From: Isurus oxyrinchus
Lineage: Eukaryota
Assembly (NCBI GenBank): GCA_026770705.1
Contig: JANJGN010000007.1
Location: 96,658,001-96,722,000, forward strand
DNA: 64,000 bases
Direction: 5' to 3'
Part shown: piece after piece, positions 49,920-64,000 of the stretch
Layout: each line of letters begins with the position of its first letter
How positions within the stretch are numbered: position 1 is the first letter of the stretch
Position numbers and translations under genes: made by a program
The notes under the pieces: generated by a model
The model's database searches: none
The model's input: only the letters and a program-made list of their open reading frames with translations
What the model was told of the DNA's origin: nothing

Positions 49920-50505
49920 CTCATAGATTCATAGAAGTTTACAGCACAGAAAAAAAGGCCCTTTGGCCCATCGAGTCTGCGCCGGTCAAACAATGCCAAA
50001 CTATTCTAATAACATTTTCCAGCACTAGGCCCATGGCGTTGTATGCCATGGCATTGCAAGTGCACATCAAATACTTCTTCAATGATATGACGGTATCTGC
50101 CCCTACTACCCATTCAGGTAGTGAGTTCCAGATTCCTACCACACTCTGGGTGAAAAAAAAAACTCCTCCTCACATCCCCTCTAAACCTCCTGCCCCTTAC
50201 CTTAAATCTATGGCCACTGGTTACAGATCCCTCCACGACAGGAAAATGTTCCGTCCTGTTTACCCTATCTATGCCCCTCATAATTTTATACACCTCAATC
50301 ATGTTCCCCCCTCAATCTCCTCTAATCCAGGGAAAATAACCCCAGCCTATCCAATCTCACTTCATAACTAAAACACTCCAGCCCAGGCAACATCCTGGTA
50401 AATCTCCTCTGCACTCTACCTAGTGTAATCACATCCTTCCTATAATGCAGCTTCCTGAACTGCACGCAATGCTCCAGCTGTGGCCTAACCAACGTTTTAT
50501 ACAGC
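49920..50505 (-). mobile_element. CR1 LINE 3' end
   Basis: LYKTLVRPQLEHCVQF; IEVYKIMRG; WNSLP. Confidence 0.9.
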
Positions 50506-51179
50506 ACCTGACTCAATATGCAAATATATTGAATAGTGTGATTTATTGTACTAACTTATATATTAAAAAAAACTCACGAGGAAAAATATCCTTTCCATCC
50601 CAGGGCAAGTTCCCTTATGAATGCATTTTGTTATGTCTTACTGTCAAGCAAACTCTCTGGCACTGAATGTTACCTTTTCCGAGTTGGGAGGCTCATTCAT
50701 TGAGGTTTTAGTTATTGTTGGAGATATCAAAAATGTGGAGCATTTTTCTGTTTGAAACTCCTTGTAATCTCATGCTATATAATTAATCTATGCTTTTATT
50801 TCCTTTTCGTGTTATCATGTTAAATAGCTAATTTTACCTGACAACTCAGACCCTTGACATGTTGTTAACTATTCTTCAATCTAAGTAGGAACAGAAATAC
50901 AACTGTTATTGCTCACACAGGACTCATATGCTCTGTGAAGACATCTGCACTTTATTGGCACTTTAAATTTCAATAGGTTACAATTCAATTCCCTATTGAA
51001 AATCCATGGAGAAGTGCAAAGCTGACAAAATGCAGCCGTCATTTTTCTCCCGCGAACAGAATGTTGCAACCCAAAAACAAAGCAGATCAAAGATTGTGTT
51101 AAAAAGCAGACAATGTGATACTACAACAATGCATATTGTTGTTATAGATTACAGCACACAGTGGAAATTCCTTACAACA

Positions 51180-53425
51180 TTTTTTTGTATTCATTCATGC
51201 TATGCCAGTATTTCATGCCCATCCGTGGTTGCCCGTAAGAAGGTGATGGTGAGACCTGCTGCAGTCCATGTGGTATAGGAACACCCACATTGCTGTTAGG
51301 AAGGGAGTTCCAGGATTTTGACCCAGCAACAGAGATATGTTTCCAAGTCAGGATGCTGAGTTACTTGGTGGGGAACCTCCAGGTGGCGGTGTTTCTAACT
51401 ATCTACTGCCCTGTCCTCCTAGATGGCAGTAGTCGTGGGTTAGGAAGGCTCTGTCTAAGGAGTCTTGGTGAATTCCTGCAATGCATCTTGGAGATGGTGC
51501 ACACTGCTGACACTGTGCTTTGGTGGTGGATGGAGTGAATGTTTGTGGATGTTGTTTCAATCGAGAGGGTTGCTTTGTCCTGGATGGTGTCCAGCTTCTT
51601 GAGTGTTGTTGGCGCTACACTCATCCAGGCAAGTGGGGAGTATTCCAACACTCTCCTGACTTGTGCCTTGTAGGTGGTGGGCAGGCTTTGGGGAGTCAGG
51701 ATTTGAGTTACTGGTCACGCAATTCCTAGCCTCTGGTCGGCTCTTGTAGCCACAGTATTTATACGTCTAGTCCAGTTCAGTTTCTGGTCAATGGCAGCCC
51801 CCAAGATATTGATAGTGGGGGATTCAGTGATAGTAATGCAACTGAACATCAAAGGGCGATGGTTGGATCCTCTCCTGTTAGAGAGGGTCATTGCCTGATA
51901 CGTCTGTGGCACAAATGTTACTTGCCACTTGTCAGCCCAAGCCTAGACATTGTGCAGGTCTTGCTACATATGGACATGGATTATTTCAGTACCTGAAGAC
52001 TCACGAATGGTGCTGAACATTGTGCACTCATTAGCGAAGATCCCCACTTCTGGCCTGAGAATGGCAGGATGGTTATTAATAAAGCAGCTGAAGATGGTTG
52101 GGCCGAGGACACTACCCTGAGGAACTCCTGCAGTGATGTCCTGGAGCTGAGATGACTGACCTCCAAGAACCACAACCATCCTCCCTTGTGCTAGGTATGA
52201 CTCCAATCAGCAGGGGGTTTCCCCCTGAGTCCTATTGACTCCAGTTTTGCGAGGGCTCCTTGATGCCACACTCAGTCAATTGCTACCTTGATGTCAAGGG
52301 CAGTCACGCTCACCTCACTGAGGGAGTTCAGCTCTTTTGTCCACATTTGAACAAAGGCTGCAACAAGGTTAGGAGCTGAGTAACCCTGGCCGAACCAAAA
52401 CTAGGCATCAGTGAACAGGTTATTGCTAAGGAAGTGCTGCATGATAGCACTGTTGATGACCCCTCTATTACTTTACTGATGATCGAGGGTGGATCGACCA
52501 GGCAGTAATTGGCCGAGTTACATTGTTCCTGTTTTTTGCGTATGTGACATACCTGGGGAATCTTCCACATAGCCGGGTAGATGCCAGTGTTATATCTCTA
52601 CTGGAAAAGCTTGGCTAGGGTCACAGCAAGTTCTCTAGCACAAGCCATCAGTAGTATTGCCGAATACTGTCAAGGCCCATAGTCTTTCCATTATCCAGTG
52701 CCGTCAGCCGTTTCTTGATATCACGTGGAGTGAATCGACTTGCCTCCTCTGTGTTGCTGGGGACCTCCGGAGGAGGCTTCGATGGCACTTATGGCAGAAG
52801 ATTTTTGCGAATGCTTCAGCCTTATCGTTTGCACTGCTTTGCCGGGCTCCTCCATCATTAAGGCTAGGGATATTTGTGGAACCTCCTCTTCCACTTAGCT
52901 GTTTAACTGCCCACCACCAGTCACGATTGGATGTGGCACAACTGCAGAATTTAGATCTGATCCGTTGTTTGTGGGATCGCATGGCTCTATCACTTGCTAG
53001 TAATGCTGTTTGGCACGCAAATAGTTCTGTGTTAGGGCTTCACCAGGTTGACACCTCATTTTTAGGTATGCCTGGTGCTGGTCCTGGCATGCCCTCCTGC
53101 ACTCTTCATTGAACCAGGGTTCTTCCCCTGGCTTGGTGATAATGCTAGAGTGGAGGATATGTCGGGCCATGAGGTTACAAGTTGTGTTCGAGTACAATTG
53201 TGCTGCTGCTGATGGCCCACAGTGCCTCATAGATGCCCTGCCTTGAGTTGCTAGATCTGTTCGAAATCTACCTCATTTAGCACGGTGGTAGTGCCACATA
53301 ACACGGTGGAGGGTATCCTCAGTGTGAAAACGGGACTTCATCTCCACAATCACTGTGCGGTGGTTACTCCTACCAGTATTATCATGGACAGATGCATCTA
53401 CGGCAGGCCCGCTGGTGAGGATGAA
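51180..53425 (-). mobile_element. CR1-group (L2/Crack-like) LINE, 5' truncated
   Basis: ITAGVPQGSVLGPTIFSCFIN; LEYSPLAWMSVAPTTLKKLDTIQDKA. Confidence 0.9.
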
Positions 53426-54599
53426 CTCAACTATAAACTGAGGCCGCTTTGCCAGCATTAACGTAATGGACGGATGATGAACCGATGTTTCTGCTGCATT
53501 TCCGTTCGCAAATGTCTTGCAGAGGCGGTGAAGCTGAACAGTTTCCATGTCTTTAATGTCCCTGTGTGGTTAGTGCTGCTGTAGCTGTTGTGGACAGTGA
53601 AGGAGATTTAGTGATATGGTACAAATTAAACATGAATGAAGTAGTATATGGGACCGGATATCATCGTCAGTGGCGATACTAACAATTTAAATCTGTAAGG
53701 GAATCTTCCACACTTATAAAAATGCATTTGCAGCTTTGGGCTGTCGTTTGAGATTTACCATGCCACTCAAACATACTTACACTCCTGTTTTTTTTCTTCT
53801 GTTGAATTTAATTCCAGCATATTAAGAGCGCTCAGCAAGGTAACGCTGTTACTGGTATATGAGTGGGGAAGGATGACAATGAGACGTTTTTGCGGAACTT
53901 TGGGAAGAGTCGGGCCTCCTGGACAGCGGCTTCTTGATTTCGGTATTTAACTATGTATTTTAGGACGGCGGAAGCGGCTGTGTCATTCGCATGTAAATAA
54001 TGGTGAGCCCTATAAATCTTATTTCTACCCCAAGATTTGTCACTGCTCTGTGGTTTGAGTTGTGGGCTTGACTGAATTAAAAATAAATTATAGCGTAGGC
54101 AAATATCCCGTCAACATACCACTGGTTTTCGAAGTTCACGGATTTGGAACCGTTAAAAGAGGTGGTTGCATTTATTTTTTGTTAAAAAGAAATAAGGTGA
54201 TGTGGCAATTTTCAAGTCAGCGACACTATGTGGAAAATCCTAGGAGCAATTACAGAAGCTGCAAATATTTTATGAGTGCATAACGGCAGTTTCAGTAATG
54301 AAATCACCTTGTTGAACATATTAACCATTAGAACATAAAAAATAGGAACAAGGGTGGGACATTTTGAAATTCGAGAAAAACAAAAAAATGACAACGCACA
54401 ACTGAAAAAAAGACAAGCGGCATCATAGTGTAAGTGAAAAATAAACAAGAATATAAAAATAACAACATTTTAGAATGCAGATAATAGAAGATCTCAAAGG
54501 GTAACAAAGTAGGAATGTAAACAAAAATTGCAAGGTTTGCCAGAGGCAACATAACAAACTTGTACAATTATATTCGGGGGTAACGGATAGTGAGGACTA

Positions 54600-55830
54600 A
54601 TTTGATTTTTAAAAAACTAACAGTTAATTATGATATTTGAAATGTAAGTAACAAATTTGCAGACACATTAAAGATATACTTGCATCAGCATTCACAGTTT
54701 AGGAAAATTATACCCTTCAGGTAATCCCAAGGTAATTAACATTGCATCAGGGACCTGGACGGATAACGATAATTGTTTAGCAAATTAACAATACTGAACA
54801 GCATTATGACACTAGCCAATTGCTGATTGCCAGCACCAGATTGTTCTAATTACAGGGATTTAAATCAAATAGTTGAGAAGATTGCTGAGGCTCTTAACAT
54901 GATCGTCCAACGTTGCCTCAGTTCAGAAACAGTTCACATAGTTTGGAAAATACCATGACCCTTCAATATTTAAGGATATATGGAACCAGGAAACTATGAA
55001 AGTGGCCTAAGATCTGTTGTAGGGCCATATCTACCAGACTGAGCCTGGAACTGGTGGCGCGAGTACTTGCACAATGGACAAACCTAATGGGCCGCATCGT
55101 CACCATTCTACATGTTACAGATGTATCTAATCATGAGAGTATTGGTAGAAGTGACAACTGCACAGTCCTTGTGTAAATGAAGTCCAGTCCTCTTCCTGAG
55201 GACATGCTCCATTGCGTTGTCTGGTTTTACTACGTTCTAAATTGGATAAATTCAGAACTGGTGTAGCAGCTCAAATCTGGGGACCCATGAGGCGCTGTGA
55301 GCCACCTTTAGCAACCAAATTATTATTTTTCCTTAATGCGTAACAGCATGACCCAGCATTTTTATCTCTAACATAACAAGCAGGCATGCCTGCCCCACAC
55401 CCCCAAACCCCCGCCTCTCGTTCAATAAGGAATATTGGAGACATTCCAAGAGCAGCACTGGCCATACCTAAACATGAGGTGGCAACCTGGGGAAGTTATG
55501 ACGCAGTTGTTCGTGCATTCTAAGCAGCGGAAGTACTATACTATGGATGTAAGCAAGTTCTACTTCAAGAATCGGAATAGATCAAAGTTCTGCAGTCTTG
55601 CCACATCCAAGTGTGAATAGCGAGGGGCAATTAATTCACTAACGGGAGGAGACAGCTAGATGAACGTCCCCATCAGTGATGGCGAATCCCAGCAAGCCAG
55701 TGCAAAATACAAGGTCATTGTACTTGCAACCATATTTAAAGAGAAATGTTGGGTGATAGGTCTGTCCTACCTCCCTCTTGAAGTCTACATACTGACAAAT
55801 GCCAGTTTTCAGCCCACACAAGTAACTCCC
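54600..55830 (+). mobile_element. Degraded CR1 and CR1-group LINE fragments
   Basis: YLNMRWQPGEV..SKFCSLATS matches the LINE family at 23272-23721; CR1-like tether region 54600-55030. Confidence 0.6.
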
Positions 55831-56139
55831 CTGTAAGATTATGGCCCGGGCGTTACAGATAACGCAAAAAGAGGGTCGAGCTCATAAGTGATCTTATTAG
55901 GTAGTTTATTAAGGAGCAACATTAAATATAATGCATCCACTAAATGGCCAGGAAAAATATATGATTCATGACAGTGATAATGGGTTACTGGTCCGCGAGT
56001 ACGACCGGACAGTAGATGCGGCACGAGTTTTGATCCCTGTAGCTCGGGCTGGCAGCCTTCTGCCCCCCAGCCAAATTTTTAGAAAGCTCTCTCAACTGAG
56101 GAAGGCCAGAAGCTGCCCTCCCATGGACCTGTCCATATG

Positions 56140-59100
56140 AGTATTCGAAAATAAGAAAACGGAGCAGGAGTAGAATATTCAGCCCTTCGATCCTGCTTCG
56201 CCATTTAACAAGATCGTGGCTGATCTGATTGTGGCCCCAGCCCACATTCCCGTCTATCCCCGATAGCCTTTGACCCCATTATTAGTCAAGAATCTATCCG
56301 CCTTTGCCTTAAAAAAAATATTCAATGACTCTGCTTTCACCATTTCCTGGGGAAGAGATTTCCAAAGGTTAATGACTTTCTGAGAGAAATAAATTATTCT
56401 CATCTCCCTCTTAACTAGGAGACACCTTATGTTAAAATGTGGGCCCTAGCTCTAGCCTCTCCTAACATTCTTTCACATGCAAGCTGTCAAAGCCCCCTCT
56501 GGATCTTATATGTTTCAATACAATGACCTCTCATTGTGGAAAATGCGAATGGATACAGCCCAATCCTGTCCAACTTCTCCTCATGAGATAATCACACCCT
56601 CCTCCGCACCCCGGGAGTCAGTGGCGTGAATGTTCTTTGAACTGCTTCTAAGCCATTTATGTCCTTTTTTTAAAGTACGGAGACCAAAGCTGTGCACAGT
56701 AGTCAAGATGTGGTCTCACCAACAATCTATAAAATTGTAGAAAAACTTTCTTACCTTTATTCTCCATTCCACTTGCAATAAGGGACAATTCTATTTGCCT
56801 CCCTAATCACTTGCTCTATCAGCATACTAATATTTTTTGTGATTCATCTACAAAGACACCCAGATCCCTCTGTACCTCAGAGTTCTGTAACCTCTGTACA
56901 TTTAAACAATATGCTGCTTTTTGATTTTTCCTGCCAATGTGGACATGTTCACATTTTCCCACATTACACTCCATCTGCGATTTTTTTGCCTACTCACTTA
57001 ACCTATCTATACCATTTTGAAATTCCTAACATTTTCTTCACAACTTACTTTCCTACCTATCTTTTTATCAATAGCACATTTAGCATCCAAGTCATTGATA
57101 TAAATTTTAAATAGTTGAGACCCCAAAATTGGTCTCTGTGGCACTCCATTCATCACACCTTGCTGACCAGATAATGACTCATTCATGCCGCCTCTGTTTC
57201 CTGTTAGTTAACTAATCCTCTATCCAAGCTTATATGATATCTCTTCTACCATGAGCTCTTATGTTGTGCAGTAGCTTTTGATGTGGCACCTTGTCAAATA
57301 CCTCCTGGAAATCTAAGTGCAGCAGATCCACAATTTCCCCTTTATCAACGTTGCTTGTTAATCTCTCAAATAACTCCAATAAATTAGTCATTCATGATTT
57401 CCCTTTCACAATGAAACGTTGAATCTGCCTAATGATTTAAGATTTTCTAAATGCCATGCTATTGCCTCGTTAATAACAGATTCCAGCATTTCCCTGTAAC
57501 AGACAGCTATCTGGCATGTCGTTTCCTGCTTTCTGTCTCCGTCCTTTCTTGTATATAGGCCTCATGTTTGCTATTTTCCAACTGATTGGGACTTTCCCAG
57601 AATTTAAGGAATTTTGGCAAATTAAATCTATGCTTCCATAATCCCAGAACACTTACTTAAGGGCCTTAGGATGCAGTCCATCAGGGCCTGAGGGCTTGTC
57701 AGTCTTTAGTTTTATCAACTTTCTCGGTACCCTTTCCTTGGTAATTGTAATTGTTGTCATTCATCTCTCCTTCTACCCAAGAATCACAATTATTTTTGGG
57801 GTGTTACTTGTATCCTCTACAGTGAAGGCAAACACAATGCATCTCTTTAATTCAGTGCCATGTTCTTATTTTCCTTTATTAATTCCCCAGACTAGCTTTC
57901 TAGAGGACCAACGTTCAAGTTACATACTCTTTTCCTTTACAAATGCCTGTAGCAACTCCTAACATCTGTGTTTTATATGTATAGCTAGCTTTCTCTTGAA
58001 CTCTAATTTCTCCCTCCTTGTTAAGCTTTCAGTCATTCTTTGCCATTGTTTATATTCTATCCAATCTTCTGATGTGCCACTCATCTTTGTGGAATTATAC
58101 ACTTTTTATTTCAATATGATACTACCTTTAACTTCCTTAGTTAGCCTTGAATGTTGCATTGTTCTCTTGGCATCTTTCTTTCTCACTGGAGTATACCTTT
58201 CTGCATATTCTGGTACACCTCCTTAAATGTCTGCCGCTGAACTTCTACTGATTTATCATTTAATCTAATTTCTAAGGTCACTTTAACTAGCTCTGTATTA
58301 ATGCCCTCATAATTGCCCTTATTTAAATTTAAAATGCTAGTCTAGGATCTACTCCTGCCTCCCTCAATCTGAATATGTAATTCAAACAAATGATGATCAC
58401 AGAGGTGCCTTCACTATTGGGTCGTTGTTTAATTCTGACTCATTGCATATTAACAGATATACTATTGCCTGCTGTCTGGTTGGTGCTAAAACGTGCACTC
58501 TAAGACCCTGCCTAGAAAATATTCTATGAACTCACCATCCAGGCTACACTTGTCATTCTGATTCGTTCAATTTGCATGTAGATTGAAATCACCCATGAAC
58601 ATTGCTTTAGCCTTTTCACAAACTCCCATTACTTCTGCCTATTTATCCTGTTCTACAGCGCTGTGGGAGGCTGGGAGGCTATAAGCTACTTCCACAAGTG
58701 ACTCCTTACTTTTCATATTTCCCATGTCTACCCAACTGATTCTATATCTTGATCTCCAGAACTGAGGTCATCTCTCTTTAACGTACCAATATCATTCTTA
58801 ATTAACAGAACTACAACTGTCTTTTCCTAGCTTCCTGCCCTTCCAAAATGTCACATACTCTTGATTATTCAGGTCTCAGATTGTAATCTTCGTAATCATG
58901 CAACCATGTCTCTGTAATGGCAATTAGCTCATACAGGATTATATCTATTTGTGCTGTTAATTCATCTGTTTTATTACGAATGCATGCGTATTCAGATATA
59001 GAGTCTTTCGTTTTGATGTTCTGTGCATTTTTGTTAACTCTAGCTTTATTTCTTGGTGCATTTTTACGTTTATGCACACTGTGTCTTCCTGGCACAATCT

Positions 59101-59620
59101 GATCACCATTATGCTCATTGCTACCTTGCTCTTTTGCCTTGTCTTATTTAATTAGCTATCACATCTTTCCTTACTTGATCCCCTGCCCCTATTATTTAGT
59201 TGATGGGGTTCTCACCGTCCTACTTTTATGACTCGCCAGAATCCTGATCCCAGTATGATTCAAGTGAAGGCCTTCCCAATGGTACAGCTCCCACATTCCC
59301 CAGTGCCTCACGAATCAAAACCCATTTCTCCCACATCAATCTTTGAGCCATGCATTCAGCTCTTTAATTTGGTTTATCCTACGCCAAACTGATCGTTGCT
59401 CAGGTAATAATCCAGTGATTATCACATTTGAGGCTATTTATTAATTCAGCCCCGAGCTGCTCATGCTCCCTCAGCAGAATTTCTTTCCTGGTTCCAGTTC
59501 ATTGGTACTTACGTAGGCAACTGGACGCTTCCCCTCCCACTGCAAGTCCCTTTCCGACATATGCGGGTGTCCCGAACTCTGACAACGGGCAGACAATACA
59601 ACCGATTCGGCTCTCGGTCT
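56140..59620 (-). mobile_element. CR1 LINE (ORF1 esterase end, ORF2, 3' UTR), degraded
   Basis: ACIRNKTDEL..LIAITETWL endonuclease start; SLNSGKVPISWKIAN; 3' terminus ~56145. Confidence 0.88.
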
Positions 59621-59679
59621 CAGCCGCAGATAACAATGTCCATCCTACTGACTATAATGTCCCCTACCACCATTACATT

Positions 59680-59995
59680 CCTATCACTCAATCATCTCAG
59701 TTCCGGGACATCTCTGCAGGAGTTACTCAGGGGAATGTCCTAGGGCCAACCATCTCCAGTTGCTTCATTTATGACCCTCGTGCCATTATAAGAGCAGGAG
59801 TGGGGATGCTCGCTGATAACTGCACAATGTTCAGCACCATTCGTGACTCCTCAGATACTGCAGTGAACGGTTCCCAGATTAAGCAAGACCAGGACGATAT
59901 CCAGGTTGGGGCTGATAAGTGGAAAGTAACATTCGTGCCACACAAGTGCCAGACAATGACCATCTCCAACAAGAGACAATTCAACCATTGCCCCT
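59680..59995 (+). mobile_element. LINE RT fragment
   Basis: DISAGVTQGNVLGPTISSCFI..MLADNCTMF within ORF 59428-60048. Confidence 0.85.
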
Positions 59996-62004
59996 TGTCA
60001 TCTTCCTGCTTGAATTGCTTTGTGCATCATGATACATATATATTTTAAAATATATAACATATAATGTTTATTTCGCCTTTATCACTATAGCATATATAGC
60101 TATACATAGCTAGCTATACATAGCTATAATGCATTTAACTATGCCATATCAAGCTTAAATGTTTTATTTTTAGGGGCTGGGAACTTCTCCCATGTCAATC
60201 AGTTGTTTGATCCCAACTGATTAATTACCAATGGATAGGCGTCGAAGATAAGCACTAACCCCGGTCATCGCATTTCCTTCAGGTCGCATTTCAGCTTTTC
60301 TCATGCCAAGCGCCTTTTGTCAACTCCTTCCATATATTTGTCTCAATGAAAGGGTTCAGGACTCGATCCTCTCGACACATGAATGCCAACATGGAAGCCC
60401 GCACCAGTCGATCTGGTACCATTAGTAGTGAAAACCATGTTAGCACCATTCTGCTTATCTTTGTTTACTTCTGTCCCTGCCTACACGGAACTGACGTTTT
60501 TTCTTCCCGAAGAGACGGAGAGGGAAGGAAAAGCAACCTTCTGCTAGGCGTTTGCAATTCCATGCCTGCTGATTCTATACTATTCGAAAGCTGTAATTTC
60601 TTACAGCTACCCCCAAACACATGCTTGGCTATCCTAAATAATTCCGAGCTACGAGCTAGTTTCCCTAATTCTTGATTGTATGCCATATATAACACTAAAG
60701 TTACTAGAATTATATGATCATTATTGACTCCTTACATGCAGACCAACTCACCCAATGATATTCTCTATTCTTTTCAGCAGTGTTGGTATTTCTAACTTTG
60801 TTCTGCTAATTCTAAGTCATTAACACATTATTAGCAAAAAAATATGCTTGGACTTTTCACACCCTCCAGTTTTCCTTCAGAGTAAACCTGCTCTGCAGAA
60901 CAGCCCCAGACATATTCGGCTGACTCACAAATAGCGTGAAGTAGAGTAAGAAAACAACACTTAGAAATCACCAAGAAAGTGGCACATACTGCACACAGAA
61001 ATTGACTGTGAAACAATCAGGATAGAATTAAACATGCTGGTAATGGCCAGAGGGAGTAAAATTAAAATGAAGGGGATTTTTTGACACAATTAAAAGCGAT
61101 ATGGTGGAAAGAGTGCAACAACATTTACAAGAATCACACTTGAACTGAAAGTTTAAACCTATCCGGGAATAATGATCATGCTGCATGTATTTTCTTTCGA
61201 CAATGGGAGGCAGTGTGTAGAACAAATAGTTTTTTTTAATGTGAAAGGGTTTAATAGAATAAACACATTGTTTTCAATTGCGGGAAAGAACATAACTGAT
61301 ACAATAAATGTAAGATAGACGGCAATAAGTCAATTTCGGTGGTGGGATCCTGAGATTCGCTAACGAAGAGCAGGGTTGCGGCCAATAGTTAAGAGGCACT
61401 CATGTGGGGACTGGATATACCCATGAGGGAGATGGTTATACTCATGGAATAGTTGAACATAATGCCCCATTTCTCTGTTGTATGTTTTAGTAATTCTGAG
61501 ATTTGTTATGACCTGGAATTGAATTATCAGACAGACTGTGGGAAGGAGATTAAATAGAAAAGTTCAAAGGGCAATTAGGTGAATAATTTAATAATAAATA
61601 TTTGGAACAATATGGGGAAAATAGTGGAATGGGCCTAATTAGATAACGCTTTCAAAGATCTAGCGGAGGCAAGGCGTGCATAATTGTTTCCTCCTGTGTG
61701 AATTATTCTTCAATGATTCTATAATGGTCTACAGTTCTAATTTCTAACATTCATTTGTCCTGTCCCCAGGCTGAGGCAATCAGCTGTAATTGTCTTCCTC
61801 TGCATTTTCGCTCAAAAGTTCATTTTTGTCAGTTAGATTCTCCAGTCTTATCCATAAAGTCTTTCACAATTTCGGAAATTACCTCTAACTATGCAAGGTT
61901 GCCGCACATGCAAACATCACTTTCAATGCAGAATATATCATCATTTTAATTGTGTAACATGCAATTTATTTTAGTCTATCCATTCTGGTCGTACAGAACT
62001 TGAG

Positions 62005-62775
62005 TATTGTTGAAAAAGGATATTTTGTCAAAGCTTTTTGTCTTGCAGTCATCAGATCAATCTCAAGAATTCCAATATCAGGGAAAGCAACAACTTTATC
62101 GTGCATGAGAAGAGAGTGCTAATTAGTTGACAAGTGGACTTTGATTGGTAGAGGCGATGCCATGGAAAGTGCACCAGTTAATGGTGACTGACAGTTAACG
62201 GCCAAGCATTGTTTGGAATTTATATCAGGCAGCTTGATTCTGACTGGTCGAGGTATTGCCCTGAGGAATGAATGGCTATTACTTATTTTGTTTAGCTGAA
62301 ACAGACAATGTGCCTATACATACAGCAATGTGTATATACCTTATTTCCTTCTGCAATGATCAGGGCCTTGTGTATTAATATGTGCAGCTTCCAGTACACG
62401 CAAATATGCCACACTGCAATTCTGACTCACATTCTTAAATTGGTTGTTCGCGTAATTCTTGGCACACCTTTGACAAAACTTGGCACAAATTTGACAGTTG
62501 TTGTCGAATTGCGTAATCACACTGAATGTTCGTCACTGTGTTTTGAACTTTTTAAGCACGGGCTGGTTGTGTACAGCCTGTACCTTCCCCATTGCGAACA
62601 GCAGAAGGTACACGTTGTTTGATACAATCTGCCAGTCTCTGTACGTATGTCCTACCTACCTACCAACATACTGGCACAAACATTCATATACCACATTATT
62701 CATGTGTGTGATAGGCTTTGGCATTCTTGTGGTTGTCCTGATGAGTGCAAGACAAAATGCCCCTTTTCAGCGCCA
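62005..62775 (-). mobile_element. Penelope-like element family 2: GIY-YIG remnant, pLTR and inverted pLTR piece with degenerate hammerheads
   Basis: Minus strand ~62655-62345 reads VGHT..RLADCIKQRVP...AIRQQL...CAKNY..QFK...LRVLEAAHINTQGP; CTGATGA cores at ~62049-62055 (-) and 62738-62744 (+). Confidence 0.8.
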
Positions 62776-63429
62776 CTGTCATCTATTTGTTAGATTATAA
62801 GTTTAAAACTGTTTTGATGTATCTAACTTTCAAAGGATATAAGTACAATTACAGTGTATTCTTACAACAAAAAATATGTAGCCAAATATTCAAGGCTCTT
62901 AATTTCAACAACCTATCAAATAACATGCTGGGGACCCGTGAATAAATTCCTGTCTCTGAAAAAAAAGTAGCTCTGTGGTGAGGAAGCACAGCTCTAGCAG
63001 AAACGTTGTTGGATGCAGTACAGCTTGATTAATGCAATGAAGTTTTATACGAACATGTCAATAATGTCGGGCGAGTAAAGACATCATGGTTTATCCATCC
63101 TACTCCAGACAACTGTAAAACATTGTGGGTGACAATATATACACTTGACGCCCCAATGGAACTGCTTCCTTGGTGGAGGGAAACAAACGGATTGAATTCA
63201 GTTCAAATGTGAGGGAAATATATGTAGGAAATTTCTCTCTAGCCCATCTTGACCATCAAAACTAGCCCGGGAAATCGCCTTTGCGCCGAATCCCCGAAGT
63301 CACTGTCGTTTATAGGAGGAAATGGCCACTCCACCCAGAACCAGGTCAAGGTCACCTTTGACAAAACTCAACGTATCAACCTCTAACACACGAGACAGAA
63401 ACTTGTTCCAAGGATGCACGATTTATAAT

Positions 63430-64000
63430 CTATATTAATTATGTAGATGAAGAAAATGGAGTCATGCACATTCTATATATGTGTAAGGTTTTCTGATGAC
63501 ACAAAGGATGGAAATGTGAGGACATAGAGAGGCTGTAAAGAGATACAGGCAGGTTATGTGAGTCCACAACAAGATAGCAGATAGAGTATTGAATGAGGAA
63601 ATGCAATGTTATACACATTGCTTGTAAGAATAGAAAACTAGAACATTATATGAACGGATTAAACTCCTTAAGGTTGATGTTCAAAGACAGTTGGATGTGC
63701 TTGTGCAAGGAACACAGAAAGTTAGTATGCAGGTACTGTCGTCATTTGGAAGGCAAATTGCATATTGGTCTTTATTGCAAGGCATTGGATGACAAAAAAA
63801 AAATAATTATTGGTACAATTGTATAAGGCTTTGTTTAGACCACACCTGCAATACTGTGTGCACTTTTGGTAACCGTATTTAAGGAAGGATATACTTGTAT
63901 TAAATGCAGTGCGACGAAGGTTCATTAGATGCAGGGCGAATGTGTTGTGAGAGGCTGCGTAAATTCGGCTTACCATTCTCTGTAATTTAGAAGACTATGA
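63430..64000 (+). mobile_element. CR1 LINE RT fragment
   Basis: ttttctgatgacacaaag (FSDDTK), KCNVIH, LYKALFRPHLQYCVHFW. Confidence 0.85.

Noticed and set aside
54308-54401. Exon-like hydrophobic segment CALSFFCFSRISKCPTLVPIFYVLMVNMFNK (minus strand)
   Set aside because: Wrong entry phase for this family, two prolines, and T-rich sequence that gives hydrophobic translations by chance.
59428-60048. Longest ORF in the track (206 aa)
   Set aside because: Chimera of antisense CR1 ORF1 sequence and a LINE RT fragment, not a host gene.

Overview
This is repeat-rich vertebrate genomic DNA. The repeat set (CR1 LINEs with an esterase ORF1, Deu-domain and tRNA-headed SINEs, Penelope elements) points to a cartilaginous fish such as a shark; that assignment is inference. 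Most ORF-track entries are LINE debris. The real content is a minus-strand tandem pair of immunoglobulin-superfamily genes with antigen-receptor-like architecture: leader, one germline-joined VJ-type V exon, a C1-set exon, a short stalk, TM and tail, with no RSS seen. Gene A (21148->9871) can be spliced by hand into an intact ~321-aa receptor with an Arg in the TM. It has a possible short-tail form, a possible secreted light-chain-sized form ending in Cys, and a distal tail exon one base away from an ITAM/ITSM-like motif. Gene B (49730->44020) has matching exon phases and identical leader and C1 exon sizes, an uncharged TM and a probable Cys hinge. It is a pseudogene, and its J-like strand is split by a young Penelope insertion with a 14-bp TSD and hammerhead ribozymes. 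All exon models were derived manually and lack transcript support; repeat boundaries are approximate.
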